Below, piece after piece: positions 32,203 to 42,013 of a stretch of 64,000 bases of DNA (its first letter is position 1; each line of letters starts with the position of its first letter). Both the position numbers and the translations under genes were made by a program. Origin of the DNA: an uncultured Burkholderiales bacterium. GTDB taxonomy: Bacteria; Bacteroidota; Bacteroidia; UBA8524. The stretch is from NCBI GenBank assembly GCA_964620355.1, contig CAZUIT010000005.1, positions 11,507 to 75,506 of the forward strand. The letters run 5' to 3'. A model generated the notes under the pieces. It did no database searches. It saw only the letters and a program-made list of their open reading frames with translations, and was not told the origin of the DNA.

Positions 32203-32928
32203 ATGTTGTTGCTTTGTAGTATTGTCAAAAATAAACAAATGGCCAGCAAAAGACCTAGCACCTGGAAAGTTTGGGTAGAAGTATTTTTCCGCATTGGACT
32301 CCTCGGATTTCAGGTGGCTCTCTTCTTTATTATTCTTTACCGAATTGTTCCTATTCCCATAACCCCATTGATGGTCCTTCGTGGTCTTCCTTATGAAAAA
32401 ACTTGGGTACCTTTTGAAGAAATCCATCCGCTGGTGGTGAAGGCTGCCATCACTGCAGAGGATCCAAAATTCAATTCTCATTATGGATTTGATTTCGCGG
32501 CCATTCAAGAATCTATTGAGAAATCCATCGACAAAGGGAAAAAACCTAAGGGCCGAAGTACCATCTCGCAGCAAACAACCAAGAACCTCTTTTTTGGAAC
32601 CCGAAGAAGTTGGGTACGAAAAGGACTTGAGGTGCCGCTTACGGTTTGTGTGGAGACTTTTTGGAACAAGCGTCGCATTATAGAAGTCTATCTAAATATC
32701 ATAGAAATGGGCAGTAAGGTTTATGGAATTGAAGCTGCTAGTAAAAAATATTTCAAAAAGAGCGCGGCCAAATTGAATAAAGCGGAGGCAGTGGCGATTG
32801 TCATTTGTTTTCCAAATCCCATTAAACGCATCCCGAATAAACTGACGGGCAGCTTACGAAAGAAACAAGCAACAATTCAACGTTGGATGATTGGTTATGA
32901 ACCCGCTCCTAAATGGTGGTGGGAGTAA
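32203..32928 (+). CDS. mtgA: Monofunctional biosynthetic peptidoglycan transglycosylase
   Basis: GT51 motifs ..ITAEDPKFNSHYGFDFAAIQE.. ..STISQQTTKNLFF... Confidence 0.85.
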   Translation: MLLLCSIVKNKQMASKRPSTWKVWVEVFFRIGLLGFQVALFFIILYRIVPIPITPLMVLRGLPYEKTWVPFEEIHPLVVKAAITAEDPKFNSHYGFDFAAIQESIEKSIDKGKKPKGRSTISQQTTKNLFFGTRRSWVRKGLEVPLTVCVETFWNKRRIIEVYLNIIEMGSKVYGIEAASKKYFKKSAAKLNKAEAVAIVICFPNPIKRIPNKLTGSLRKKQATIQRWMIGYEPAPKWWWE

Positions 32929-33100
32929 ACACGTCAATAATTCGGGTGTTTTCGGGTAAATATTCATTCGAGCAAAACCGTATACTAGCTGGTTAATTTA
33001 CATCGGTGTCCGTAATCCTAGCACCGAATCCAAAAATTCCAAGTCGAGGATAGCAATCGGAATTAAAACTACGAGGTGGCATTGAAACAGATCGTCATGT

Positions 33101-34399
33101 TTATTTCATTGGCGATTGAAGCAATTCGCCATAAGCCGGCCAATCCCAATTTTTGGAGCCTTCAAAACAGTGGTCAATCGACATCGCCATTTTGCTAGTA
33201 TAGCCACAACATAAAATAATTCCCAATACAAGTGCATATCGTCTTAGTCTGGGTAACGTATGCAATTGGGACAAGCCATATCCAATAGGAATGCTCAGAA
33301 GCGTCAAGTATTCTACATAGCTCCGTTGTCCGAAAGCACAGCCAAACCACCAAGCCCACCAGCAGGAAAAAACATAACTAATAATAACAAAAGAAAGCAG
33401 CGTAAGCATTCCATTCTGAACCTTCTTCCGTGTCATCTGAATCATCCAAAAAAGAACGAATAACATAATAGGCATATAGATAAATAGGCCATTGTATGGA
33501 TCGAAAAAACTTTTGATGATACGCGGGTAAAGCCAATTGAAGCCTTCATTGCCATAACTATAGGCCACCATACTTTCGAAGGCATAATTCCAATAAACCA
33601 GTTGCGGTAGGAGCATTAAAAAGCCACCCACCACGATGGCAAATAAGTTTTTAATCCGCACTAGTCTTCGAAGTCGATGGCGGAAAGCCGACCGCGATGA
33701 AATGTCTAAAAACAACACAATTAATGGAAATAATGCATTACTCTGTCTCAGCATGACAATCCACCCACTGAGTAATCCAAAAACCAAAAACTCCCAAAAC
33801 GCCTCTTTTTCGAAATAAGATCGACGCTTTATAAAGAGCAATAGGCCTGCAAATACGGCAAATGAATAAACATGCGACATCCCTGTTTCATGACTTCCAT
33901 AGTAAAGAAGATTTGTCCCAAAAAGCAGAATAATGATTACCCAAGGCAGTACCTTCTTGCTAAAGAAATACGTCAAAAATTGATAGAGGAAAAAGAGTCC
34001 AACAAAGAGGTAGAACGCCGCCGCCACGCTGACCATCCTATTCTGAATGACCGAAAATCCGGGGAACGTCTCCTTCTCATCTTCCAGGAAATGTCCAACT
34101 AAATAAAAGGGCAATTGAGCGAGCGCTGTACCGTATGTATACTTGGTGAGCAAGGTGCCCGATTCTGGATCGGTATAGAATCCATAACCCGTAATTCGAG
34201 AAAGACTGGTATCTGGAAAGTTTCGTGCATCCCAGCCATACTCGAAGCCCGACAGGTAGATTTGATATCCTGCTTTGTCGGACCAAATTTCACTGTGGTA
34301 ATTAAATCGGTCGGAGCGAGCATGACGATTCAGGGCAAAAAATACCAAGAACAGTCCCATGAGGAACCATAGTGCCCGAGCGAACCAAGGGTTAGTCAT
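33101..34399 (-). CDS. Polytopic inner-membrane protein, possibly a GT-C-like glycosyltransferase. Last gene of the rfbB-rfbA operon.
   Basis: 432 aa with many hydrophobic segments. 5-nt gap after rfbA. Confidence 0.45.
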   Translation of the reverse strand: MTNPWFARALWFLMGLFLVFFALNRHARSDRFNYHSEIWSDKAGYQIYLSGFEYGWDARNFPDTSLSRITGYGFYTDPESGTLLTKYTYGTALAQLPFYLVGHFLEDEKETFPGFSVIQNRMVSVAAAFYLFVGLFFLYQFLTYFFSKKVLPWVIIILLFGTNLLYYGSHETGMSHVYSFAVFAGLLLFIKRRSYFEKEAFWEFLVFGLLSGWIVMLRQSNALFPLIVLFLDISSRSAFRHRLRRLVRIKNLFAIVVGGFLMLLPQLVYWNYAFESMVAYSYGNEGFNWLYPRIIKSFFDPYNGLFIYMPIMLFVLFWMIQMTRKKVQNGMLTLLSFVIISYVFSCWWAWWFGCAFGQRSYVEYLTLLSIPIGYGLSQLHTLPRLRRYALVLGIILCCGYTSKMAMSIDHCFEGSKNWDWPAYGELLQSPMK

Positions 34400-34404
34400 C
34401 GGCC

Positions 34405-35268
34405 TTAAGGCTTGACGAGTTTCTCGAGGTAAACTCCATACCCGCTTTTCTTGAGTGGTTCGGCAAGAGCCAGAAGTTGTTCTTTATTGATGAACCCCAT
34501 GCGGAAAGCCACCTCTTCGATGCAGCCAATCTTTAAACCTTGCCTTTCTTCTATAACTTGAACATACTGTCCGGCTTGCATGAGTGAGGCATGCGTACCT
34601 GTATCAAGCCAGGCGGTACCACGATTCAATATGCCAACCTGCAGTTTACCCTGCTTCAAATATTCTTTGTTAACATCCGTAATTTCATATTCGCCACGCG
34701 GGGAAGGCTCCAAGTCTTTGGCAATTTGCACCACGCTATTATCATAGAAATACAGACCAGGAACTGCATAGGATGATTTTGGCTGAGTCGGTTTTTCTTC
34801 AATGCTCAATACAGTACCACTTTCGTCAAAATCGACCACACCATAACGTTCTGGATCACTTACATGATAGGCAAATACAACGCCCCCAGCAGGGTTGGTT
34901 TTGTCTTGAAGCAATTTGGCTAATCCTGATCCGTAGAAGATATTGTCGCCTAATATCAAGGCTACCTTATCATTTCCTATAAATTTCTCACCAATCACAA
35001 AGGCCTGCGCCAGTCCGTTTGGCACAACTTGTTCCTCGTATACAAATTCACAGCCCAAGTTCTTTCCATCTCCCAAGAGCCGCTTAAAATGGGGTAAGTC
35101 ATGCGGAGTTGATATGATCAGTATCTCGCGTATCCCGGCCATCATCAATACCGATAGCGGATAATAGATCATTGGTTTATCATAAACAGGCATGAGCTGC
35201 TTGCTCATTGCCAAGGTTAAGGGATGGAGGCGGGTTCCGGAGCCGCCAGCGAGTATGATACCTTTCAT
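34405..35268 (-). CDS. rfbA: Glucose-1-phosphate thymidylyltransferase
   Basis: [18 protein letters not shown].. Confidence 0.9.
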   Translation of the reverse strand: MKGIILAGGSGTRLHPLTLAMSKQLMPVYDKPMIYYPLSVLMMAGIREILIISTPHDLPHFKRLLGDGKNLGCEFVYEEQVVPNGLAQAFVIGEKFIGNDKVALILGDNIFYGSGLAKLLQDKTNPAGGVVFAYHVSDPERYGVVDFDESGTVLSIEEKPTQPKSSYAVPGLYFYDNSVVQIAKDLEPSPRGEYEITDVNKEYLKQGKLQVGILNRGTAWLDTGTHASLMQAGQYVQVIEERQGLKIGCIEEVAFRMGFINKEQLLALAEPLKKSGYGVYLEKLVKP

Positions 35269-35273
35269 TTTAA

Positions 35274-35304
35274 GGGGTTTTGGGTTAGAGGTTACGGGTT
35301 AGAG
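35274..35304 (+). repeat. GT-rich element copy A (GGGGTTTTGGGTTAGAGGTTACGGGTTAGAG)
   Basis: Read directly. It sits 5 nt upstream of the rfbA start. Confidence 0.8.
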
Positions 35305-35345
35305 TAATCAATGGTGCAAAATAGTAAGAACCTTTGATATATGAA

Positions 35346-35377
35346 GGGGTTTTGGGTTAGGGGTTGCGGGTTAGCCC
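35346..35377 (+). repeat. GT-rich element copy B (GGGGTTTTGGGTTAGGGGTTGCGGGTTAGCCC)
   Basis: Read directly. It is a direct repeat of copy A and an inverted partner of copy C. Confidence 0.8.
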
Positions 35378-35459
35378 AGTTGGTGATGGAATAATATTGA
35401 CATTTTAATGACACGATTCAATGATTTTTGACATGCGCCTAACAATAGAAGTTTGATTT

Positions 35460-35819
35460 TTGAGTATGAGAAATTTTAAAGAACTTCAGATATGGCATGA
35501 AGCCATGAACCTTGCTGTTAATGCCGATTCGTATTGCAAGTTCCTTCCCGAAAGTGAAAAATATAATTTGACTTCGCAGATAAAACGATCGGCAGTATCT
35601 ATCCCAACCAACATTGCTGAAGGATGCAGCCGGACATCTCAAAAAGAATTTAAAAGATATATTGAAGTAGCAGTTAGGTCAGGCTACGAAGTAGAAAATC
35701 TACTTCTCCTCACTGACAGAATCTTTCTAGAAGAAAAAATGCCATCAAAAGAAATCTTAGACCAGCTGGTAATCCTAGAAAAACGCATGATCCGCTTCTA
35801 CCAAAAAATTCGAGTATAG
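35460..35819 (+). CDS. Four-helix-bundle protein (PF05635 '23S rRNA intervening sequence protein' / Avd-like family)
   Basis: 119 aa. The family-typical ..IPTNIAEGCSRTSQKEF.. motif is present. It is antisense to the surrounding rfb operon. Confidence 0.85.
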   Translation: MSMRNFKELQIWHEAMNLAVNADSYCKFLPESEKYNLTSQIKRSAVSIPTNIAEGCSRTSQKEFKRYIEVAVRSGYEVENLLLLTDRIFLEEKMPSKEILDQLVILEKRMIRFYQKIRV

Positions 35820-35820
35820 C

Positions 35821-35853
35821 GGCTCTAACCTGTAACCCCTAACCCAAAACCCC
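35821..35853 (-). repeat. GT-rich element copy C, inverted orientation (reverse complement GGGGTTTTGGGTTAGGGGTTACAGGTTAGAGCC)
   Basis: Read directly. It ends 2-3 nt from the rfbB stop. Confidence 0.8.
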
Positions 35854-35855
35854 TT

Positions 35856-36905
35856 CTAGGAATAATGTTCAGCATAATACGCCTGATAAGCTCCACTCGT
35901 AACTCCCTCCATCCATTCCGCATTCGCTAGATACCAGTCGATGGTTTTTTCAATTCCTTCTTCAAATTGTAGGCTAGGTTCCCAGCCGAGGTCTTGCATA
36001 ATTTTGTTGGCGTCGATGGCATAGCGGAGATCATGGCCTGCGCGGTCTGTAACATAGGTAATGAGATTCGCAGATTCACCTTCTGAGCGTTTGAGTTTTT
36101 TGTCCATAATGGCACAAACGGTATGCACAATATCGATATTCTTCCACTCATTGAACCCACCAATATTATAGGTTTCCCCTTCCACCCCATCATGAAAAAC
36201 AACATCGATGGCATGGGCATGGTCGATTACAAAAAGCCAGTCGCGAATATTTTCTCCTTTGCCATATACGGGTAAAGGTTTTTTATGGATGATATTATTG
36301 ATCATCAATGGAATCAGCTTTTCTGGAAACTGATTCGGGCCGTAATTATTTGAGCAATTGCTAATAATAATGGGCAGCTTATAGGTATTCCGGTACGCTC
36401 TTACAAAATGGTCGGAAGAAGCTTTTGACGCGGAATAAGGGGATTGCGGATCATATGGAGTATCCTCTAGAAAGAACCCTCCATCGTCCAATGAACCATA
36501 CACCTCATCGGTCGACACATGGTAAAAGCGCTTGCCTTCCATCTTGTCTTTCCAAAGTGTTTTGGCCGCGTTGAGTAAATTCACTGTCCCGATGACATTT
36601 GTCTCCACAAATTCCATTGGGTGGCTGATTGATCGGTCAACATGCGATTCTGCCGCGAGATGAATAACGTTATCGATTTGGTATTCCGTCATGATTTGCA
36701 TCATAGCAGCTCCGTCACGTATATCCGCTTTTAAGAAGCGATAATTTGGGGCGTTTTCAATATCGGTCAGGTTCGCAAGATTTCCCGCGTAAGTGAGTGC
36801 ATCTAAATTGTAAATCATGTACTCAGGGTACTTATTTACAAAGAGCCTCACCACATGGGAGCCGATAAACCCGGCTCCCCCTGTGATCAGCACATTCTTT
36901 TTCAT
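35856..36905 (-). CDS. rfbB: dTDP-glucose 4,6-dehydratase
   Basis: MKKNVLITGGAGFIGSHVV.. with the ..YSASKASSD.. catalytic motif. Confidence 0.9.
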   Translation of the reverse strand: MKKNVLITGGAGFIGSHVVRLFVNKYPEYMIYNLDALTYAGNLANLTDIENAPNYRFLKADIRDGAAMMQIMTEYQIDNVIHLAAESHVDRSISHPMEFVETNVIGTVNLLNAAKTLWKDKMEGKRFYHVSTDEVYGSLDDGGFFLEDTPYDPQSPYSASKASSDHFVRAYRNTYKLPIIISNCSNNYGPNQFPEKLIPLMINNIIHKKPLPVYGKGENIRDWLFVIDHAHAIDVVFHDGVEGETYNIGGFNEWKNIDIVHTVCAIMDKKLKRSEGESANLITYVTDRAGHDLRYAIDANKIMQDLGWEPSLQFEEGIEKTIDWYLANAEWMEGVTSGAYQAYYAEHYS

Positions 36906-37756
36906 TATCGTGTTACGGATATTAATTCTACGTCAAATATCAAAGTAGCGCCTGGAGGTATTACTCCACCGGCTCCTCTGTCGCCATAGCCCAATTTTGC
37001 AGGGACTACCAAGCGCATTTTCTCTCCTACTTGCATCAAGCGAATTCCTTCATCCCAACCTGCAATTACTTGACCTGCTCCTAAAGTGAACTTCAAGGGT
37101 GTTCCTCTTGGAATGCTTGAGTCAACCATGGTACCGTCTTCAAGGTATAAAGTATATTCAACCTCTGCCGTCATGTTCGCATATGCTTGCTCACCGTCAG
37201 GGTTTTCTACTACCATTACATATTTCAAACCGCTCGGAGTAGACTCTACCTTTTTGCCTTCGATATCAAAAGGAACTGGTTGTTTTACTTCTACCACTTC
37301 CACCAATTCAACGTCGAAATAGAGGGTCGAATTAGCTGGGATAGTTCCCATATCACGTTCTCCATATCCAATTGATGGTGGAATAATCAAGGTTGCTTTA
37401 TCGCCTACTCGCATCATTGCAATACCTTCATCCCATCCTTTGATTACCTGTCCTTGTCCTAAAGGAAATGCAATCGGTTCACCTCTTTTCACGGAGTTAT
37501 CGAACTCAGTTCCGTCTTCAAGTTTCCCAACGTAATGTACTTTTACCACATTGCCTGCAACTGCTTGTTCTCCTTCGCCTCTTTCACTGAATATTACTTT
37601 CAGTCCTGAAGCTGTTGTAATTGTGTCTTCTGTTGTCATATTTTCGTTTGTATTCGTTTCGGCCTTTACCGAGGTTTCATTCGAGCAAGATAAAAATGCG
37701 AAGAGCACCAGTCCTGCAAGCAAAATGTTTGTTCTTTTCATGAGTTTAAAAGTCAT
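36905..37756 (-). CDS. FKBP-type peptidyl-prolyl cis-trans isomerase lipoprotein with two FKBP domains (the ORF extends to 37822)
   Basis: ..GDKATLIIPPSIGYG.. and ..MRLVVPAKLGYGDRGAGGVIPPGATLIFDVEL.. Lipobox LSCS. Confidence 0.85.
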   Translation of the reverse strand: MTFKLMKRTNILLAGLVLFAFLSCSNETSVKAETNTNENMTTEDTITTASGLKVIFSERGEGEQAVAGNVVKVHYVGKLEDGTEFDNSVKRGEPIAFPLGQGQVIKGWDEGIAMMRVGDKATLIIPPSIGYGERDMGTIPANSTLYFDVELVEVVEVKQPVPFDIEGKKVESTPSGLKYVMVVENPDGEQAYANMTAEVEYTLYLEDGTMVDSSIPRGTPLKFTLGAGQVIAGWDEGIRLMQVGEKMRLVVPAKLGYGDRGAGGVIPPGATLIFDVELISVTR

Positions 37757-37757
37757 A

Positions 37758-38774
37758 TTAATGGTCCGCAAGATACTTTTTATATTCTGGAAGCGTGCGT
37801 TTGAATCGAGCAACGGCCTCATCTAAAGTTTCAGTTGATTGTCCACCAGCCGCGTTAAAATGTCCACCTCCTTTGAAATGGTCGCGTGAAAACTCATTGC
37901 AGGGAAAATGTCCTGAGCCTCTGAATGAGATCTTCACCAATTTTGTACGATCGATAAATAGCGCAGAAAACTCCACCCCGCGAATGCTTAAGCCATAATT
38001 CACCAAACCTTCGGTATCTCCGGTTTGAATTTTATAGCGCACCAACTCTTCTGGCGTTACGGACATCACGGCTGTTTTGAGCTCCGGGATAACCTCCAGC
38101 TTATGAGCCAAGCAATGACCAATAAATTGCAGTCTATCGAAAGAGAAATTATCATGAACCCGCTGATGGATATCCGATACCTGAGCTCCCTTTTCTATTA
38201 AAGTAGCAACTGTGCGATGGGTATGCGGAGTAACTGAGTCGAAACGAAAAGACCCCGTATCGGTCATGATACCGGTATACAGGCAGGTAGCGATATCTGC
38301 ATCAATTGCTTCTTCGCCTTTCCACATCACAATAATTTCATGGATGAGCTGCGCGGTTGAAGTGGTTTGTGTGGTCCAATAGCGAAAATCATCAAAGCCT
38401 TCAGGTTCCTGATGATGATCCACCATGATCGTTTTTGCCTTGGCAGCACGAATAAGGTCGCCGAGTTGATTGATACGGTGTAGCGCATTAAAGTCGAGGC
38501 AGAACACATAATCAGCCTGATCAACGAGTTCTTTTGACTTGCTATACGCTTGTTCAAAATTTATTACATGCTCCTGATTGGGCATCCATTGAAGGTGTGC
38601 GCCATAGTCGGTAGGACTCACCACGGTTGCATCAAACCCCTGGTTTCTAAGGAATTTCCACAGTCCAAGTGAGGAGCCTAAGGCATCGCCATCCGGTTTA
38701 TGATGCGTGGTAATAAGTATACGTGCCTTCGGTTCTTGATCGAGAAGGGTAAAAAGATCTTTGATATCCTGCAA
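37758..38774 (-). CDS. nrnA: DHH-family phosphoesterase (NrnA-like bifunctional oligoribonuclease/pAp phosphatase)
   Basis: ..ITTHHKPDGDALGS.. DHH motif and a DHHA1-like C-terminus. Confidence 0.8.
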   Translation of the reverse strand: MQDIKDLFTLLDQEPKARILITTHHKPDGDALGSSLGLWKFLRNQGFDATVVSPTDYGAHLQWMPNQEHVINFEQAYSKSKELVDQADYVFCLDFNALHRINQLGDLIRAAKAKTIMVDHHQEPEGFDDFRYWTTQTTSTAQLIHEIIVMWKGEEAIDADIATCLYTGIMTDTGSFRFDSVTPHTHRTVATLIEKGAQVSDIHQRVHDNFSFDRLQFIGHCLAHKLEVIPELKTAVMSVTPEELVRYKIQTGDTEGLVNYGLSIRGVEFSALFIDRTKLVKISFRGSGHFPCNEFSRDHFKGGGHFNAAGGQSTETLDEAVARFKRTLPEYKKYLADH

Positions 38775-38849
38775 AACGGCTGGGGATTGATTGGCCGCAA
38801 ATGTCGCTAAATCGAATTTTATATCATAGTTTTGCCGAAAATTTAAGAA

Positions 38850-39269
38850 ATGTCAGGCAATATCACCTTTACGATGATTAAACCAGATGCCGTAAAAAAC
38901 GGTTATACTGGAAAAATTTTAGACCTAATTATCAGCAATGGCTTTACGCTACGCGGAATGAAATACATCCACTTAAGCGAGGAGAAAGCTGGCGAATTTT
39001 ATGCCGTGCACAAAGAGCGTCCATTTTATAAAGACTTGGTTAGTTTCATGAGTTCAGGGCCAATCGTTGCTGCAATATTGGAAAAAGACAATGCAGTTGC
39101 TGATTTCCGTACTTTAATTGGCGCGACCAACCCAGCAGAAGCTGCTCCGGGCACCATTCGTAATCTGTATGCTAAATCTATTGATGCTAATGCGGTTCAT
39201 GGATCAGACAGCGATGAGAATGCCGCTATCGAAGCTTCTTTCTTCTTTTCCGCTTTCGAGCGTTTCTAA
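38850..39269 (+). CDS. ndk: Nucleoside-diphosphate kinase
   Basis: ..FTMIKPDAV.. ..GATNP..; 139 aa. Confidence 0.9.
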   Translation: MSGNITFTMIKPDAVKNGYTGKILDLIISNGFTLRGMKYIHLSEEKAGEFYAVHKERPFYKDLVSFMSSGPIVAAILEKDNAVADFRTLIGATNPAEAAPGTIRNLYAKSIDANAVHGSDSDENAAIEASFFFSAFERF

Positions 39270-39286
39270 GACGAAAAAATAATTAA

Positions 39287-39323
39287 TAAAAAAAGCCATC
39301 CCGCAAGGAGATGGCTTTTTTTA
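39287..39323. terminator. Bidirectional rho-independent terminator between ndk (+) and the cyclophilin gene (-)
   Basis: A7 - agccatc - ccgcaagga - gatggct - T7. Confidence 0.7.
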
Positions 39324-39339
39324 TGCAATGAGTTAAATG

Positions 39340-39996
39340 CTATTTTGGAATTGTAAATCCATACTCGGCCAAAACTTCAGCTTCTGTATCGTAAGCAATT
39401 ACCTTCATGGTCATTTTAAGGTCAGTAAGTGGTCTTCCATTTTGGTCGAATGGCACAGACATAATTTTGCCAGAATTTTCCATTCCTTTAATCACTTTTC
39501 CAAATACGGTATAGCCACCATCTAAACCGGCAGTTTTATCTTTATTCAAACAGATATAGAACTGAGATCCGCTTGAGCGTTTTTCTGGATTATTGTCTCG
39601 CGCAGCGCCAATCATTCCAACATCATGCTTCAAGTTTGCATTAATTTCAGCTGGGATTGTGTATCCTGGACCACCTTGTCCATCATTTTTCGGATCTGAA
39701 TCCTTACTATTTGGGTCTCCTCCTTGCATCACAAACTGGGTCACCAATCGGTGAAATGTTGTGCCATCATAGAAACCTTCTTTCGCTAGCTTTAGAAAAT
39801 TCGCCTTATGAAGTGGCGTTTCATCATACAACCAGATATAAAAATTCCCATGAATTGTGCTCAGCTCAACTACCTCATATTTTGTAGCTGGTGTTGCGCC
39901 ACCGCCATTGCTGGTGTCTTCGTCTTTTTTGCAAGAGCTAACAATCACGAGACTGCAAAGCATCAAGGCAAATAAATAGGTTCTCTTCATAGGCAC
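39340..39996 (-). CDS. Cyclophilin-type peptidyl-prolyl isomerase, lipoprotein
   Basis: ..FHRLVTQFVMQGGDP.. and a lipobox ..VIVSSC... Confidence 0.85.
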   Translation of the reverse strand: MPMKRTYLFALMLCSLVIVSSCKKDEDTSNGGGATPATKYEVVELSTIHGNFYIWLYDETPLHKANFLKLAKEGFYDGTTFHRLVTQFVMQGGDPNSKDSDPKNDGQGGPGYTIPAEINANLKHDVGMIGAARDNNPEKRSSGSQFYICLNKDKTAGLDGGYTVFGKVIKGMENSGKIMSVPFDQNGRPLTDLKMTMKVIAYDTEAEVLAEYGFTIPK

Positions 39997-40069
39997 AATT
40001 TACCAATTATTTCAAGAGTTCAAAACAAAAAAATTCACATTCAAACGAAGTATCGACCAGTCTTAATTT

Positions 40070-41827
40070 CTATTTCTCAAAAATCTGTCCTTCGGTAAGC
40101 ATAACAGTCTTGATTGACTGACTTTGATTATCGTAGTAAATAAAACTTCCTGAGAATAATACTTTATAAGGGTTTCTATTGATTACCACTACATCTAAAT
40201 TATCAACCGACACCCGTTCTCTCCCTTCCACTTGAATTGCGCCGTATCCATTATTCTCAAATAATTTAATGGAAAATTGATTGCTAGAACCCCAAGCTCC
40301 ATCTTTATAGAAATTCAAAAGAAACTCATTATTAAAGCTGAAATCCAAGGCAGCCTTCCCTCCTCTAAAACTCAGAATTGAATCCGTTTCAACAATTTTT
40401 TTCAAGCCTTTTATATCATACGACACCCCATCAAGCTTGAAGCTAATGGAGAAATCATCCTCGGTATCGGTATTCGAACAAAGAGAAAGATCTTCAATCG
40501 CTATGGTTTTGCTTGTTATGGTAAATTCCTGGGTAGGGGAAGATTCTCCATTCAGATAAATTGCCCGAATACGAAATTCCTTACCTTCCACATAGGGAAG
40601 TTCTATGGAATACTTTCCATCTTTAATTGGATATAAAAACCAATCATTCACCACTACAGTACCCCTGTCCACATTAGTCCCAAGGCATCCTTTTACTGAA
40701 CCAGAAATAACCGCTGGATGAGGGATTTTCACATCAAAAGAATGTACAACCTTCTCCTCAGAGTTGGTTTGAAACGGTATGTTGGCTACTCGGATTCCGT
40801 CAAACCAGAATTCAAATTGGAGATTTTCATTCGATGGAATGAGTCCGCCAAATTTTCCATGATCCGTCGATTTTACAGTGCGAACATCACCATTCGGACG
40901 AATAATCTTAATATCAAACCCACCTATAGGGGTGGTTCCTGAAACGATCGAGGCATCAAGTCGTGTTAAATCAAAAGGCACATCCCAGTTCCAAGTTGAA
41001 AAATGACTGACTTCTCCGATATATGTGTCATTTACCAGTTTGGCCTCCCCTTCTTGTCCCCAAATTCCTTTGCCTTCTTCAAAATGCCAGAGTGGGATTG
41101 TAAGCGGGGCACGGTGTAATATAGATGCAGGCACTTTTAGCTTAACGGTCGCAGGATTTCCTTCGGCCATTTCTAATTTCTCGCCAGATTCAGACTCTAG
41201 CTCCACGGCAATCATACCATAGGTTTCTAAAAGTCGCTCTCCATCATCATTCGCTCCTCTTAAATCACCCGGCATAATTATACTAATATTGGGGTCTTCA
41301 GGATTGATATAATTCACGTATGCATGTACTGTCCCGTTATATGGGTTCCCATTCGCATCAATATAACCCGCACCCATTTGAATCAAAGCTTTTCCTGTTC
41401 CAATCAATGCTCCTGAATTTGACTCAAAAGTTTGTGGAGAGCCTTTGCTTACCAACATAATTTCAAAACGATTGATACCCGCTTGAGGAATGAAGCTCCG
41501 TGATCCGGCAAAATATCCTTCTTTTTTTGCTTTTATATAGGCAAGCTCCTTATAGGCATCTCCTTGTGCGATTTGTACAAGCCCTTTTGCATCCGTTCTA
41601 TAGGTCTTCCCTTCTAAACTCACTTCAACCCCTTCTATTGGAGTCCCGTGCTCGTTTGTAATTTTTCCAAATGCATCCACTTTTACCGATGCCCCTTTTT
41701 CGATTTCATAAGGTGTTGAATTACCTGTTGGATCTGGCACATCATTCCATTTATGTGGCGTTTCTTTTTGACATTGAGTAAGAACTATTCCGAAAGCGAA
41801 GAGGCAAAGCAGGGATAACTTTTTCAT
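40070..41827 (-). CDS. Lipoprotein of unknown function (paralog 1) with a CarboxypepD_reg-like N-terminal domain
   Basis: Signal peptide + LTQC lipobox. It shares ..TIPLWHF.. and ..SHFSTWNWD.. motifs with the 42014-43795 product. Confidence 0.6.
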   Translation of the reverse strand: MKKLSLLCLFAFGIVLTQCQKETPHKWNDVPDPTGNSTPYEIEKGASVKVDAFGKITNEHGTPIEGVEVSLEGKTYRTDAKGLVQIAQGDAYKELAYIKAKKEGYFAGSRSFIPQAGINRFEIMLVSKGSPQTFESNSGALIGTGKALIQMGAGYIDANGNPYNGTVHAYVNYINPEDPNISIIMPGDLRGANDDGERLLETYGMIAVELESESGEKLEMAEGNPATVKLKVPASILHRAPLTIPLWHFEEGKGIWGQEGEAKLVNDTYIGEVSHFSTWNWDVPFDLTRLDASIVSGTTPIGGFDIKIIRPNGDVRTVKSTDHGKFGGLIPSNENLQFEFWFDGIRVANIPFQTNSEEKVVHSFDVKIPHPAVISGSVKGCLGTNVDRGTVVVNDWFLYPIKDGKYSIELPYVEGKEFRIRAIYLNGESSPTQEFTITSKTIAIEDLSLCSNTDTEDDFSISFKLDGVSYDIKGLKKIVETDSILSFRGGKAALDFSFNNEFLLNFYKDGAWGSSNQFSIKLFENNGYGAIQVEGRERVSVDNLDVVVINRNPYKVLFSGSFIYYDNQSQSIKTVMLTEGQIFEK

Positions 41828-41960
41828 ATGAATATTTTTAGTTAGGGAACAGGTTCAAGCAAAGGCCTACTTTCTAACATAAAGTACCTTCACTATACTA
41901 ATGACCGCTTAACAAGCGAATTGGTTGCCTCGCTTAAGCAATTTTTACCACTATTCGACT

Positions 41961-41993
41961 AAAAAAAGCCAGCAAATTATGATTACTGGCTTT
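41961..41993 (-). terminator. Rho-independent terminator after paralog 2
   Basis: Minus strand: agccag-loop-ctggct followed by T7. Confidence 0.6.
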
Positions 41994-42013
41994 CTCTACT
42001 TTAAATTTAAGTT

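Noticed and set aside
31180-32574. Full 464-aa ORF for the aldo/keto reductase
   Set aside because: The first 128 residues do not resemble the AKR fold, and the reading frame overlaps the mtgA upstream region. The conserved AKR N-terminus begins at the internal Met (start 32190).
37758-37822. Apparent 65-nt overlap between the NrnA gene and the FKBP ORF
   Set aside because: It is resolved by using the internal Met of the FKBP ORF (MTFKL..., start 37756), which leaves a 1-nt spacer after the NrnA stop and a proper signal peptide/lipobox.
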